Below, in pieces: positions 1-8,461 of a stretch of 52,654 nucleotides of DNA (positions within the stretch are counted from its first letter, which is position 1; each line of letters begins with the position of its first letter). The position numbers were made by a program, and so were the translations under genes. Origin of the DNA: an uncultured Tepidisphaerales bacterium (GTDB lineage: Bacteria; Planctomycetota; Phycisphaerae; Tepidisphaerales; Tepidisphaeraceae). The notes beneath the pieces were generated by a model, which made no database searches, was not told where the DNA came from, and was given only the letters and a program-made list of their open reading frames with translations. The stretch lies in assembly GCA_964416015.1 (NCBI GenBank), contig CAYQCT010000002.1, forward strand, positions 9,109 to 61,762, written 5' to 3'.

Positions 1-300
1 TTCACGGACACTTCCGCCGAAGAGGACGACTTCCTGCGTGACGACGCCGATCTGTCGGCGGACGGCGTCGCGGTGCGTGGTGACGTCGAGCCCGCCGACG
101 CGTGCGGTGCCGGACGTCGGTGAGAGGAGCGTCGAAAGGACGCGAAAGAGCGTGCTTTTACCGCTGCCGTTGGGCCCGAGCAGGGCGACGGTGCTGCCGG
201 GTTCGACCTGGAACGAGACGCCGTCGACCGCCGCCCGGTCGACGCCGGCGTAGCGGCAGACAAGATCGGCGACGTCGACGGCAGGCTCGGGCAAGGGCAC
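1..300 (-). CDS. ABC transporter ATP-binding protein (N-terminal 100 aa; gene runs off the window start)
   Basis: My own reverse-complement translation from GTG (comp. 298-300) gives VPLPEPAVDVADLVCRYAGVDRAAVDGVSFQVEPGSTVALLGPNGSGKSTLFRVLSTLLSPTSGTARVGGLDV... This contains a Walker A motif (GPNGSGKST). The frame is open to position 1. It is absent from the ORF track because there is no stop in the window. Confidence 0.75.
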   Translation of the reverse strand, partial: MPLPEPAVDVADLVCRYAGVDRAAVDGVSFQVEPGSTVALLGPNGSGKSTLFRVLSTLLSPTSGTARVGGLDVTTHRDAVRRQIGVVTQEVVLFGGSVRE

Positions 301-331
301 GACCGTAGGTGCTACGGCCAAAGCAGGAAGC

Positions 332-748
332 TCAGCGGATCTCCCGCCGCGGCGCGAGCGTCAGCCAGTTGCCGGCCGGGTCGCGGAGCAGCAGGCCGTC
401 GCTGCCGGCGACGAGTCCTTTAACTTCTTCGACTTCGACCTCCGCGTCACGCAGACGTTCGACGGAGTCGAGGTAGTCGTCGCTGACGATGCCGACCGGC
501 CGGACGTCGTGGCGATCGGGCCGCGTGTCGTGGCGGACGAAGCGGATCGCGACGTTCTCCGCCTCGTACGCCGGCGGAAAGTCCGCGGCTTTGCGTTCGA
601 ATCTCAACAGGCCAAGGTAGAAGCCGTCGAGCAGTTCCTCGCTGCCGGTGATGTACGGCAGGTGCACGTCACGAACCGCCTCGACCCGCACCGGCGGCGG
701 CTCGGGCAGGCGAGGCCGTTTGTCTCGTGGGGGCAGAACCTCGGACAC
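332..748 (-). CDS. VOC (glyoxalase/bleomycin-resistance/dioxygenase) family protein
   Basis: This is a 138-aa ORF. After an N-terminal Pro/Arg-rich stretch it has a beta-alpha-beta-beta-beta-like pattern: VHLPYITGSEELLDGFYLGLLRF...VAIRFVRHD...GIVSDDYLDSVERLRDAEVEVEE...LLLRDPAGNWLTL. That pattern is typical of small VOC proteins. The call rests on family-level resemblance only. Confidence 0.6.
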   Translation of the reverse strand: MSEVLPPRDKRPRLPEPPPVRVEAVRDVHLPYITGSEELLDGFYLGLLRFERKAADFPPAYEAENVAIRFVRHDTRPDRHDVRPVGIVSDDYLDSVERLRDAEVEVEEVKGLVAGSDGLLLRDPAGNWLTLAPRREIR

Positions 749-821
749 GACGCGACATCATACTTGTCGACCGCCGGCCTCGTCCGGCCCGTTGCACCGG
801 CCGCGGCCCTACCTTGTGGCC

Positions 822-1556
822 ATGGCCGGCCACAGCAAATGGGCGAATATCAAGCACAAGAAGGCCGCGATCGACAAGAAGCGGGCCAAGGTCTGGGGCA
901 AGATCGCCAAGAAACTTATGGTCGCCGCCAAGGCCGGCAGTGATCCGCGGGACAACCTGAGCCTCCGCTACGTCATCGACGAGGCCAAAGCGGCCAACAT
1001 GCCCAAGGGCACCATCGACAACGCCGTCGCCAAAGGGGCCGGCGAGCAGGGGACGGAGAACTTCGAGGACGTCGTCTACGAAGGCTACGGCCCGGCGGGC
1101 GTGGCGGTGCTCGTCGAGACGCTTACCGACAACCGGGCACGAACCGCGCCGGAGCTTCGCAACATCTTCAACAAGTCCGGCGGCAGTCTCGGCACGAGCG
1201 GCAGCGTCGCGTTCCAGTTCGAGAAGCAGGGCGTCTTCGCCCTCGTCGGCAACGATCACGACGAGGAGAAACTGATGGAAGTCGCCGCCGACGCCGGGGC
1301 GGAGGACGTGCGCGAGGAAGAGGGCGTTTCGCTCGTCTTCTCGCCGGCCAACGAGTACGCGTCGGTCAAGGACGCGCTCGAGGCGGCCGGGTTCGAGCTG
1401 GAGAGCAGCGAGCTGATGAACATGCCGCAGAACACGGTCGCCGTCGATGCCGAGGCGGCCGAGAAGGTGCTGCGGCTGATCGACGCGTTGGAAGACAACG
1501 ACGACGTCCAGACGGTCAGCCACAACGCGGAGCTTCCCGACGACGTCGTGGCATAA
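822..1556 (+). CDS. yebC: YebC/PmpR family DNA-binding transcriptional regulator
   Basis: ORF 648..1556 trimmed to the ATG at 822. MAGHSKWANIKHKKAAIDKKRAKVWGKIAKKLMVAAKAG...DNLSLRYVIDEAKAANMPKGTIDNAV is the canonical YebC N-terminus. The length of 244 aa is typical. Confidence 0.95.
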   Translation: MAGHSKWANIKHKKAAIDKKRAKVWGKIAKKLMVAAKAGSDPRDNLSLRYVIDEAKAANMPKGTIDNAVAKGAGEQGTENFEDVVYEGYGPAGVAVLVETLTDNRARTAPELRNIFNKSGGSLGTSGSVAFQFEKQGVFALVGNDHDEEKLMEVAADAGAEDVREEEGVSLVFSPANEYASVKDALEAAGFELESSELMNMPQNTVAVDAEAAEKVLRLIDALEDNDDVQTVSHNAELPDDVVA

Positions 1557-1565
1557 TCTGCCGGC

Positions 1566-2237
1566 ATGAGCAGGACGAGACGCGAGCAGACGACGGCCGA
1601 CCTTCGCGCGGCGGGCGTGGTGGCGGTCGTGCGGACGCCGACGAAGGAGCAGGCGATCGAGGCGACGCGGGCCATCTCCGCCGGTGGCGTCGTCGCGGCG
1701 GAAGTTACCTTCACCGTGCCCGGCGCGGCCGACGCGATCGCGGAGCTCAAGAAGTTGAGCGACGCCGGCGACTTCGGGCAGGCGTTGCTGCTTGGCGCCG
1801 GCACGGTCGTCACGGCCGATCAGGCCAAGGCGGCGGTCGATGCGGGGGCGACGTACTTCGTCAGCCCGCACCTGAGCGAAGAGGTCATGGCCGTCGCGGA
1901 CGAGCTGGACGTGGCGGCCTTACCCGGCGCGTTCACCCCCGGCGAGGTCTACGCGGCCCGGCAGCGTGGCGCGGACATCGTCAAGATCTTCCCGGCCAAA
2001 CGGCTTGGCCCGGCGTACCTGAAGGACCTCGGCGGGCCGTTCCCGGACATCCCGCTCATGCCGACCGGCGGCGTCAGCGCGGCGAACGCGGCCGACTGGA
2101 TCGCCGCCGGCGCGGTAGCGCTGGGCGTCGGCAGCGAGCTGGTCGACAAGGCCGCCGTCGCGGCGGGCGACTGGGCGACCTTGACGGAGCGCGCGGTCGA
2201 ACTAATACAAGCCGTCCGGCAAGCGCGGGGCGGTTGA
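1566..2237 (+). CDS. eda: 2-dehydro-3-deoxyphosphogluconate / 4-hydroxy-2-oxoglutarate aldolase
   Basis: 223-aa protein with VVAVVRTPTKEQAIEATRAISAGGVVAAEVTFTVPGA...GAGTVVTADQAKAAVDAGATYFVSPH...PGAFTPGEVYAARQRGADIVKIFPA (the active-site Lys region KxFPA). It has the KDPG-aldolase motif order. Confidence 0.85.
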   Translation: MSRTRREQTTADLRAAGVVAVVRTPTKEQAIEATRAISAGGVVAAEVTFTVPGAADAIAELKKLSDAGDFGQALLLGAGTVVTADQAKAAVDAGATYFVSPHLSEEVMAVADELDVAALPGAFTPGEVYAARQRGADIVKIFPAKRLGPAYLKDLGGPFPDIPLMPTGGVSAANAADWIAAGAVALGVGSELVDKAAVAAGDWATLTERAVELIQAVRQARGG

Positions 2238-2240
2238 CGC

Positions 2241-3647
2241 TCAGGCGAAGACGCGTTCGGGCTCCGGCATGGCCGGCTCGGGTGCCGGGCGACGCGGTGC
2301 TTCGGGCGGGCTGACCATGGTGAAGACCGGCCGGACGCCGACGGCGGCGTTGAGCGCCGTGTCCCGCCCGGCCGCGGCGGCGGCCATGGTGCGGCCGACG
2401 ATGATGCCGAAGCCGAACAGAAAGGGCGAGCCCAGCAGCGATCCCTGCTTGAACGACAGGATGAACTCGTAGAGGAAGAGCGATCCCGCCGCCGCCGCCG
2501 CGCCGCGGGCGGCGGGACTTTCGCCGAACACGCGTGCCAGCTTCGCCGAGTTGAGCAACACGGCCAGGACGAACCCGCTGAACAGGGCGAATCCGATGAA
2601 GCCGAGCTCGCCGAGGACTTCCGCCGCGACGACGTGCGGGTACGAGCCGAAGAGGATGTCGTTGTCGAAGCTCGCACTCGTGCCGAGCCCGATCACCCAG
2701 GCCAGCGGCCCTTCGTCGATCCAGGCCGAGATCAGAATCCACGCCATCTCGAGCCGGCTGGCGCGGAACGTGTTCATCATCTCCTGCGGGTCCCACCGCG
2801 TATTGCCCTCACCCACGAGTAGGTCGAAAAGCAGGTACGCCAGGCCCAGTATCGTGAGGACGCCGACGCCGGCCACAAAGACGCCACGCACGCTCTTGAG
2901 GCCCCGGCTCAGCGGCAGGAACGCGATGGCCGCGACGAGCAACGCAAAGAGCTGCCCGCGGCTGGAGGCCTGGATCGTCATCGCGATGCCGAGGCCGACG
3001 AGCGGGTAGCGGGCGTACTGGATCAGCTTGCCGACGCCTTGGAAGTTGCAGAGCAGCGCGATGAGCGCGACCCAGCCGCCGAGCGAAGCAATGGCCAGCG
3101 GGTTGCCCGAAGCACCGCGGATCGAGCCGTACCCGGCCGAGCCGAACTGGATGCTGCGGCCGGTCCAGGTCGCGGTCAGCAGCAGCATGACGACGATGCC
3201 GCCACCCAGGAGCATGGTCGTCACGAGGGCGGTCCGCAGCTCGCCGGAGTCGCGGATGAGCAGCGGCATGATGACGGCTGCCGTAAAGAGGTACGGCGCG
3301 TTGCCGACGATGACGCCGAACCCGCCGGACGGGCCGATGACGGTCCACATGCACGAGAGCACTGCCCAGCACATCAGCGCAATGAAGATCCAGAACGAAC
3401 GCGGCATTCCGCCGGCGAACAGGTTCACGCCACGCACCTGCCGGACCGCCAGCGCGAAGAGCATGACGCCGATCGTCACGAAGTTCGTCAGGCGGTTGTT
3501 GGTGTAGAAAAAGTTCGACTGCGACTGCGCCCACTGCTCGAGGCCGTAGGTGCAGATGTAGGCACCAACCGCGGCGGCCGGCGCCTTGAGGGCGAGCAGT
3601 GCGATCGTGCCGAGCACGCCGAAGTAGATCAGAATCGTCGTGTCCAT
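2241..3647 (-). CDS. O-antigen ligase / Wzy-like polysaccharide polymerase family membrane protein
   Basis: ORF 2241..3851 trimmed to the ATG at 3647 (MDTTILIYFGVLGTIALLAL...). The protein has about 10 hydrophobic spans. The central IQASSRGQLFALLVAAIAFLPL matches the SRG+helix signature of the O-antigen ligase (Wzy_C) family. The discarded 68-aa N-terminal extension is Arg/Pro-rich and overlaps the upstream GT gene. Confidence 0.75.
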   Translation of the reverse strand: MDTTILIYFGVLGTIALLALKAPAAAVGAYICTYGLEQWAQSQSNFFYTNNRLTNFVTIGVMLFALAVRQVRGVNLFAGGMPRSFWIFIALMCWAVLSCMWTVIGPSGGFGVIVGNAPYLFTAAVIMPLLIRDSGELRTALVTTMLLGGGIVVMLLLTATWTGRSIQFGSAGYGSIRGASGNPLAIASLGGWVALIALLCNFQGVGKLIQYARYPLVGLGIAMTIQASSRGQLFALLVAAIAFLPLSRGLKSVRGVFVAGVGVLTILGLAYLLFDLLVGEGNTRWDPQEMMNTFRASRLEMAWILISAWIDEGPLAWVIGLGTSASFDNDILFGSYPHVVAAEVLGELGFIGFALFSGFVLAVLLNSAKLARVFGESPAARGAAAAAGSLFLYEFILSFKQGSLLGSPFLFGFGIIVGRTMAAAAAGRDTALNAAVGVRPVFTMVSPPEAPRRPAPEPAMPEPERVFA

Positions 3648-3687
3648 CAGGAGAAGGTCGGCGTAGCTCGGGCAGGACGTTGCATCG

Positions 3688-4968
3688 TCACGCGGGATCC
3701 GCTGCTTCAGGCGTCCGCATCTTAGCGGACGCAGCCGCCGCCCGAGCGTGCGCGGCGGCGAGACGGACGTACTTCTGCGACAGCACGCGGGCGGAGTAGC
3801 AACGCAACGTTCGCGCCCGCGCCGCCCGCGCCATCCGCGGCCACTTGGCACGTTCCGCAGCCGCGCGGGCGAAGGCTTCCGTCAAAGCGTCGGCGAGTCG
3901 CGGCGGGTCCGACTGCGGCGCCAGCCAGCCGGTCACGCCGTCCGCGACCGTCTCGGCCGGCCCGCCGAAGCCGTGGGCGACGACGGGACACCCCATCATC
4001 ATCGCCTCGATCACGCTCAGCCCGAACGGCTCGGCACTGACGCGGCTGTTGAGCCCGATGTCGCACGCCGCCCAGATGCGTCGCGGCTCGTCCGTCGCCG
4101 GCAAGACGTGCACGCGTCCGTCGGCCTCCGTCGCACGCCGGCGAACCTCGTCCAGGAACGCCGACTCGCCCTCGCCGACGACGAGCAAGTGGAACGGCTG
4201 CGCGAGGTCCCGGTTGACCCGCGTCACGGCGTCGATCGCGAGATGCGCGCCCTTGTCGGCCGTCAGCCGCGTGACGAGGCCAATGACCGGTGCGTCGTCG
4301 GCGATGTCGAGCTCGCGGCGAAGCTCAGCGCGGGCACCGGGAACGAGCCGCGGGTCGAACCGTTGCTCGTCGGTCATCGGCTGTACGATGTCGACCGCCT
4401 CGCCGGGCCGGAACGAGTCGGCCGTGTGCCGACTGTTGGCGAGCGGCAGGACGTCGTGCCGGCGGCAGAGGCGGTCGTAGAAGCGGCGATTCAGGCCGAG
4501 TCGGCCGACGTCGCCCACCGTGTTGGGCATGTCCCAGACGATCGGCAGCCCGAGCCGCTCGCCGACGCGGCCGACCAGCGGCAACAGGTTCGGCGAGACC
4601 GTCTGCAACAACACCGGCCCCTCCGTCGGCAGGGCGGCGACATCGGCGAGAGAGTCGGCAACTACGCCCGAATGCCGCCGGGCGTAGGTCAGCGTGCGGG
4701 TCAGGTTCGCAAGCTTCGCGAGGACGCCGCCGGCAAGCGTCGGCGGCTCCGGCAGGTCGACGGCGTCGAGCGGACCGCCGCCCATCGCCTTTGCCAGCCG
4801 GCCGTCGCGGCTGGTGAGGCTGAGTACGTGCACGTCCCAGTTGCGCCGCGGCAGCACGTCGCGGAGCGTCGAGAGCACCCGCGCGATGCCGCCGCCTTCG
4901 CTCCCAGCCGCGACGCATATCAGTCGACCGGCCGACGGCGGTCTGGAGGTTTCGCCCGCTCGCCTCAC
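3688..4968 (-). CDS. Glycosyltransferase family 4 (GT-B fold)
   Basis: RLICVAAGSEGGGIARVLSTL at the N-terminus. The C-terminal half has VVGEGE...LPATDEP...WAACDIGLNSRVSAEPFGLSVIEAMMMGCPVVAHGFGGPAETVADGVTGWL, the E-x7-E nucleotide-sugar motif. The start is uncertain: the track uses TTG at 5019, but that codon lies inside the T-tract of an upstream terminator hairpin. I prefer GTG at 4968. Confidence 0.85.
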   Translation of the reverse strand: MRRAGETSRPPSAGRLICVAAGSEGGGIARVLSTLRDVLPRRNWDVHVLSLTSRDGRLAKAMGGGPLDAVDLPEPPTLAGGVLAKLANLTRTLTYARRHSGVVADSLADVAALPTEGPVLLQTVSPNLLPLVGRVGERLGLPIVWDMPNTVGDVGRLGLNRRFYDRLCRRHDVLPLANSRHTADSFRPGEAVDIVQPMTDEQRFDPRLVPGARAELRRELDIADDAPVIGLVTRLTADKGAHLAIDAVTRVNRDLAQPFHLLVVGEGESAFLDEVRRRATEADGRVHVLPATDEPRRIWAACDIGLNSRVSAEPFGLSVIEAMMMGCPVVAHGFGGPAETVADGVTGWLAPQSDPPRLADALTEAFARAAAERAKWPRMARAARARTLRCYSARVLSQKYVRLAAAHARAAAASAKMRTPEAADPA

Positions 4969-5009
4969 GGCCGCAGCATCCGCTGTCGATCCGCCGCGGG
5001 CAACCGCTT

Positions 5010-5050
5010 CGCAGAACAAACAAGAGCCCGGCCGCAGGACGGCCGGGTTC
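5010..5050 (-). terminator. Putative intrinsic terminator after the 5083..6588 gene
   Basis: The minus strand reads gaaCCCGGCCGtcctgCGGCCGGGctcttgtttgttctg. This is an 8-bp GC stem (5027-5034 / 5040-5047) with a 5-nt loop, followed by a T-rich run. Confidence 0.45.
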
Positions 5051-5082
5051 GAGGATGCACACGTTGCACGAGATTGGGTCCG

Positions 5083-6588
5083 CTAGAACCGCTCGCTGCG
5101 GAGCTTGCGGATCGCTTCGGAGAAGCTTTCCAGGTCGGCGGTCGCGAAGGCACGCTCGCGTACCTTGCCGAATTCGGCGAGGACCGACGTCGGGCGAGTC
5201 TCGGCGGCGGAGCGGGCAGCCGTCCCTGCTTCCTGCTTCTCGAGCTCGAGCGTCTCGGCTTTGTCCTTGCGAGCGTCGGTCGTGTAGGCGTCGGCCACCG
5301 GGCGGGTCGGCGTCGAGCCGAGCACCGGCGTCCGCATCATCACACGCGACGTCGCCGGCTCGACCGGCTCCGGCGAAGGCAGCGGGGCGACTTCGACCAC
5401 CACGCCGACCTCGCTGGCTTCGTCGACCTCTTCGCCGACGAAGATCGTCTGCATCGTGCCCGGCCCTTGCTCGTTCCCGTTGTTGAAGACGCCGGAGTTG
5501 TGCTCGGTCCCGTCGAACGGCGTGCTCGGATCCGCCGCGGCGTGGAGCGCGGCGAACTCGGAGGTCTGCGTCCACCAATCTTCGTTGCCTTCAAAGCCGC
5601 CGTAGCCACGCCAGATCACGACCGAGTCGGCATTGTCGGCGACTGTGTCGAGCTGCAGACGCCAGAAGTCGCCGTCGATGAACTCGTTGGCCTGGAAGCC
5701 ACTCATGTTGTGGTAGTTGGGCATCAGGAACGGCATCACCGGTTTGCCGTACTGCTGGGCTTCGACGATGTTGCCGATGGCGTAGTCGACCCACTGATCG
5801 GTGTTGCCGTAGAAGGTGTAGAGCGAGGGCGCGATGAAGTCGACGGCGTCGCCGAGCTCCTGCAACGCCGCGTTCGCCTGCCGCCACGCGTCCATGTTGG
5901 CCTGCGTCTCTGCCAACTGGCTCCGTTTGAGGTCCCGGTGCCACTGCGAGCTGTCGCTGTCGGCCAGCGTGTCCTGCAGCTGATCGACACGCTTGGCGTG
6001 GTGTACCGGCGTCCAGTAGTCCCGCACGGGCAGAACGCCGTAGATGCCGATCTGCACGTCAGGCCGCTCGTCGTGGGCCCACTCGACCATCTGGACGAAC
6101 TTGGCCACGGTCTCCTGCACCGCCTGCGGGTCCTCACCGCGGATGTCGGAGGCCCAGTGCTCGATGTTGACGACCCACCGCTCGCCTCGACTGGCGGCGA
6201 TGCGGGCGTGTTCGCGGACGCGGCCCTCGTCGAGCTGGTCGCGGACCTGATTGCCGTTCTGGTCGACGACGAACAGGTCGCCGTAGGTCATGTAGACGCC
6301 GCCGACGCTGTGGGCGGAAAGATTCAGCCCGGCCGGCGTGGCACGCATGCCGCTGAGCACCTGGAACGTGCTCCAGTCCGCCGGGTCGCCGACGAAGCCC
6401 TCGACGCCGCTCCGGTCGAAGCCGACGTCGAGGCCGGGCGTGGTCGGATCGTCGGGCGTCGGATCGCCAGTGCCGGACGTGGTCGAGAGCATGCGGCGTT
6501 GCTCGAGCATGTCGAGCGTGATGCCGTGCCCGAAGCGACGGGCATGGCGGCGGGCCGGAACGGCGTTGCGGGTCAAGGTGTGCGTCAT
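5083..6588 (-). CDS. Secreted protein with LE-x-RR-xL leader; unclassified TIM-barrel glycosidase-like domain plus low-complexity acidic/Pro tail
   Basis: ORF 5083..6609 starts at TTG. I prefer the ATG at 6588 (MTHTLTRNAVPARRHARRFGHGITLDMLEQRRMLSTT). The ordered motifs VVNIEHW, IGIYGVLP, IAPSLYTFY and VVIWRGYGG resemble strand-end motifs of (beta/alpha)8 glycosidases. The C-terminal 130 aa are low complexity. Confidence 0.7.
   Translation of the reverse strand: MTHTLTRNAVPARRHARRFGHGITLDMLEQRRMLSTTSGTGDPTPDDPTTPGLDVGFDRSGVEGFVGDPADWSTFQVLSGMRATPAGLNLSAHSVGGVYMTYGDLFVVDQNGNQVRDQLDEGRVREHARIAASRGERWVVNIEHWASDIRGEDPQAVQETVAKFVQMVEWAHDERPDVQIGIYGVLPVRDYWTPVHHAKRVDQLQDTLADSDSSQWHRDLKRSQLAETQANMDAWRQANAALQELGDAVDFIAPSLYTFYGNTDQWVDYAIGNIVEAQQYGKPVMPFLMPNYHNMSGFQANEFIDGDFWRLQLDTVADNADSVVIWRGYGGFEGNEDWWTQTSEFAALHAAADPSTPFDGTEHNSGVFNNGNEQGPGTMQTIFVGEEVDEASEVGVVVEVAPLPSPEPVEPATSRVMMRTPVLGSTPTRPVADAYTTDARKDKAETLELEKQEAGTAARSAAETRPTSVLAEFGKVRERAFATADLESFSEAIRKLRSERF
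6484..6507 (-). other. Leader motif LEQRRMLS
   Basis: Residues 28-35 (counted from the ATG at 6588) of the glycosidase-like protein. Confidence 0.8.
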
Positions 6589-6708
6589 CTCCGTCACTTT
6601 CGGATTCAATTCCCTAGGTTACCAATGAAAAGCGATTGGCTGTGGTGTCTGGCCGGTATAGCGGGGTTAGGAGCAGCGGGGAAGAGCGCCTGAGCAAAAG
6701 AATCCGAT

Positions 6709-8010
6709 TTAGCACGACGTTAGCGAACCGACGGGTTCTGCCTGCTGCACCGCCTCGGCCGCCGCAACGCCGGAGCGGATGGCGCCGTTGATGCTCGCCG
6801 TGTCGCGGTGGTCGCCGCAGAGGAAGAGGCCGTCGGCGAGTCGCGGCGACTTGTGCACCGGCGTCAGCCCTGGCGGCCGCTGGTCCGGCAGGGCGAAGTC
6901 AATCACGTCCGACCGTAAATGCTGCAGACCGGCGGCGTACGCGTCGCCGAACAGGACGGCCATTCCACGTCGCACCGGCTCGGGGTCGGCGTCCTGCACG
7001 CCCACGACGTTGACCGACAGCAGGTCCCGGCCGTCCGGCGCGTAGGTCGGGGCAGCTTTGCTGAGACAGGCGACCGTGTTGATGCCGGCCGCGTCATCGT
7101 GGAGCTGGCCGGAGAGGAGCAACGCGTTCTCATCCGTCGGCGGCCGGGCGTGGGTGAAGTAGTGCGTCGTGGTCGCCTTCACCTGGCGAAGTTGCGTCGC
7201 GAGGTCGGTTGGCGCGTCGTCGCCGAGGAGACGGGCGGCCTGCGGTGCGTCGACCGCCACGACCACGGCGGCGGCTACGATCGCGGTGCCATTTAGCAGA
7301 CGAACCCGCCGTGGCGAGACCTCGGCGACGGGCGTGTTCCGCCGGATCTCGCTGCGAACGAGTCGGCTCGCGAGCTGGCGCGGAATCTCGCCCATTCCGC
7401 CGGCCGGCACGCACGCCCGGCCGGTCGCGAACAGGCGGAAGAGCCACAGGAACAGGCCGCCGCTGGTTGCCAGATCGCGGTCGAGGAAGACGCCGCCGAA
7501 GAACGGGCGAAAGAAGCTTTCGATCGCGAACTCGCTCAACCCCTCGCGGGCGAGCACGTCCGCGGCCGATCCCGGCGTTTCGGCGAGAAGTTGCTCCTGC
7601 GACTTTGCCAACACCCTCGCCTGCAGCCGCGCCACCCGCAGCTTGTCCGCCACCGGCAACGCCGGCGACATCGTGGTCCGCCAAAGCTGGGCAGGCGAGC
7701 GAACTGGGTCGAACACGCCGACCGGATCTGTCCGATTGCGGAGGAACGTCAGTGCCCCCGGCAGGAAGGGCCGGAGGTCCAGTGCCTCGTGATCCAGCAG
7801 CCGTCGCGCATCGGGGTAGCTATCGAGGTAAACCTGGAATCCGCGATCGAGCAGGAACCCGTCGGCATGCCGATCGGTCCGCACCCGGCCGCCGACGTCG
7901 TCGTCCGCTTCGAGCAGCAAGCAACGGACGCCGACCCGATCTAATGTCATGGCACACGCCAGCCCGGCCAATCCGGCTCCAACGATGACGACCGGCGCAT
8001 CCTGCGGCAC
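6709..8010 (-). CDS. NAD(P)/FAD-dependent oxidoreductase (flavin amine-oxidase / phytoene-desaturase-like)
   Basis: GTG start. PVVIVGAGLAGLACAMTLDRVGVRCLLLEADDDVGGRVRTDRHADGFLLDRGFQVY is a GxGxxG dinucleotide fold plus the GGR motif of the amine-oxidase superfamily. The C-terminal LFLCGDHRDTASINGAIRSG is a typical FAD-binding end. Confidence 0.85.
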   Translation of the reverse strand: MPQDAPVVIVGAGLAGLACAMTLDRVGVRCLLLEADDDVGGRVRTDRHADGFLLDRGFQVYLDSYPDARRLLDHEALDLRPFLPGALTFLRNRTDPVGVFDPVRSPAQLWRTTMSPALPVADKLRVARLQARVLAKSQEQLLAETPGSAADVLAREGLSEFAIESFFRPFFGGVFLDRDLATSGGLFLWLFRLFATGRACVPAGGMGEIPRQLASRLVRSEIRRNTPVAEVSPRRVRLLNGTAIVAAAVVVAVDAPQAARLLGDDAPTDLATQLRQVKATTTHYFTHARPPTDENALLLSGQLHDDAAGINTVACLSKAAPTYAPDGRDLLSVNVVGVQDADPEPVRRGMAVLFGDAYAAGLQHLRSDVIDFALPDQRPPGLTPVHKSPRLADGLFLCGDHRDTASINGAIRSGVAAAEAVQQAEPVGSLTSC

Positions 8011-8029
8011 ATGGCACGCTACGCCCGGG

Positions 8030-8311
8030 TCAGATCACGCCGCGGCCGACGCGGGTGCTGGTGCCGGCGCTGTCGTCGGGGACGGTCGCGTCGCCGGCGT
8101 CGTACTGGACGCTGCGGCCCTTGCCGCCGCCGGTCATACGCGTGCCGCCGGGCGAATCGAAGTCGATCTTCGCCGGGGCTGCCTTCACCGGGATCTCGCC
8201 GCGACCGGCCGGCCCGCCGACGGTCTCGCGGTGGCGAAAGTAACCGGTGACCAGTTCGTACGTCGCGTAACCGACGACCGCCAGCACGAGGATCTTCAGG
8301 GAGTTGCGCAT
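8030..8311 (-). CDS. Hypothetical small membrane-anchored protein (93 aa)
   Basis: This is the 3' part of track ORF 8030..9397, starting at the ATG at 8311: MRNSLKILVLAVVGYATYELVTGYF, one TM helix followed by a Gly-rich soluble tail. It lies 19 bp upstream of the oxidoreductase gene on the same strand. There is no recognisable family. Confidence 0.45.
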   Translation of the reverse strand: MRNSLKILVLAVVGYATYELVTGYFRHRETVGGPAGRGEIPVKAAPAKIDFDSPGGTRMTGGGKGRSVQYDAGDATVPDDSAGTSTRVGRGVI

Positions 8312-8461
8312 GGGGCGACAGTACCGCAGCCGTCCGACGGCGTGAACGGCTGAACTTGCTTCGACGCGTCCTGCGGCTGATGATTGACGGAACCAGCGTT
8401 CGCTCTTCGTCGTAGAAGCTCGAACCGCCCGCTCGTTTCCGCAGGTTCCCCCCGAAACATC

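Noticed and set aside
5356-5386. 'PLPSPEPVEP' in the glycosidase-like protein as a PEP-CTERM signal
   Set aside because: It lies 100 residues from the C-terminus and is not followed by a TM helix and basic cluster. It is not a sorting domain.
3748-6693. 981-aa plus-strand ORF spanning the GT4 and glycosidase-like genes
   Set aside because: It is antisense to two genes that have clear family motifs. Its translation is Arg/Gly/Pro/Ala-rich with no motifs. This is a typical GC-rich shadow ORF.
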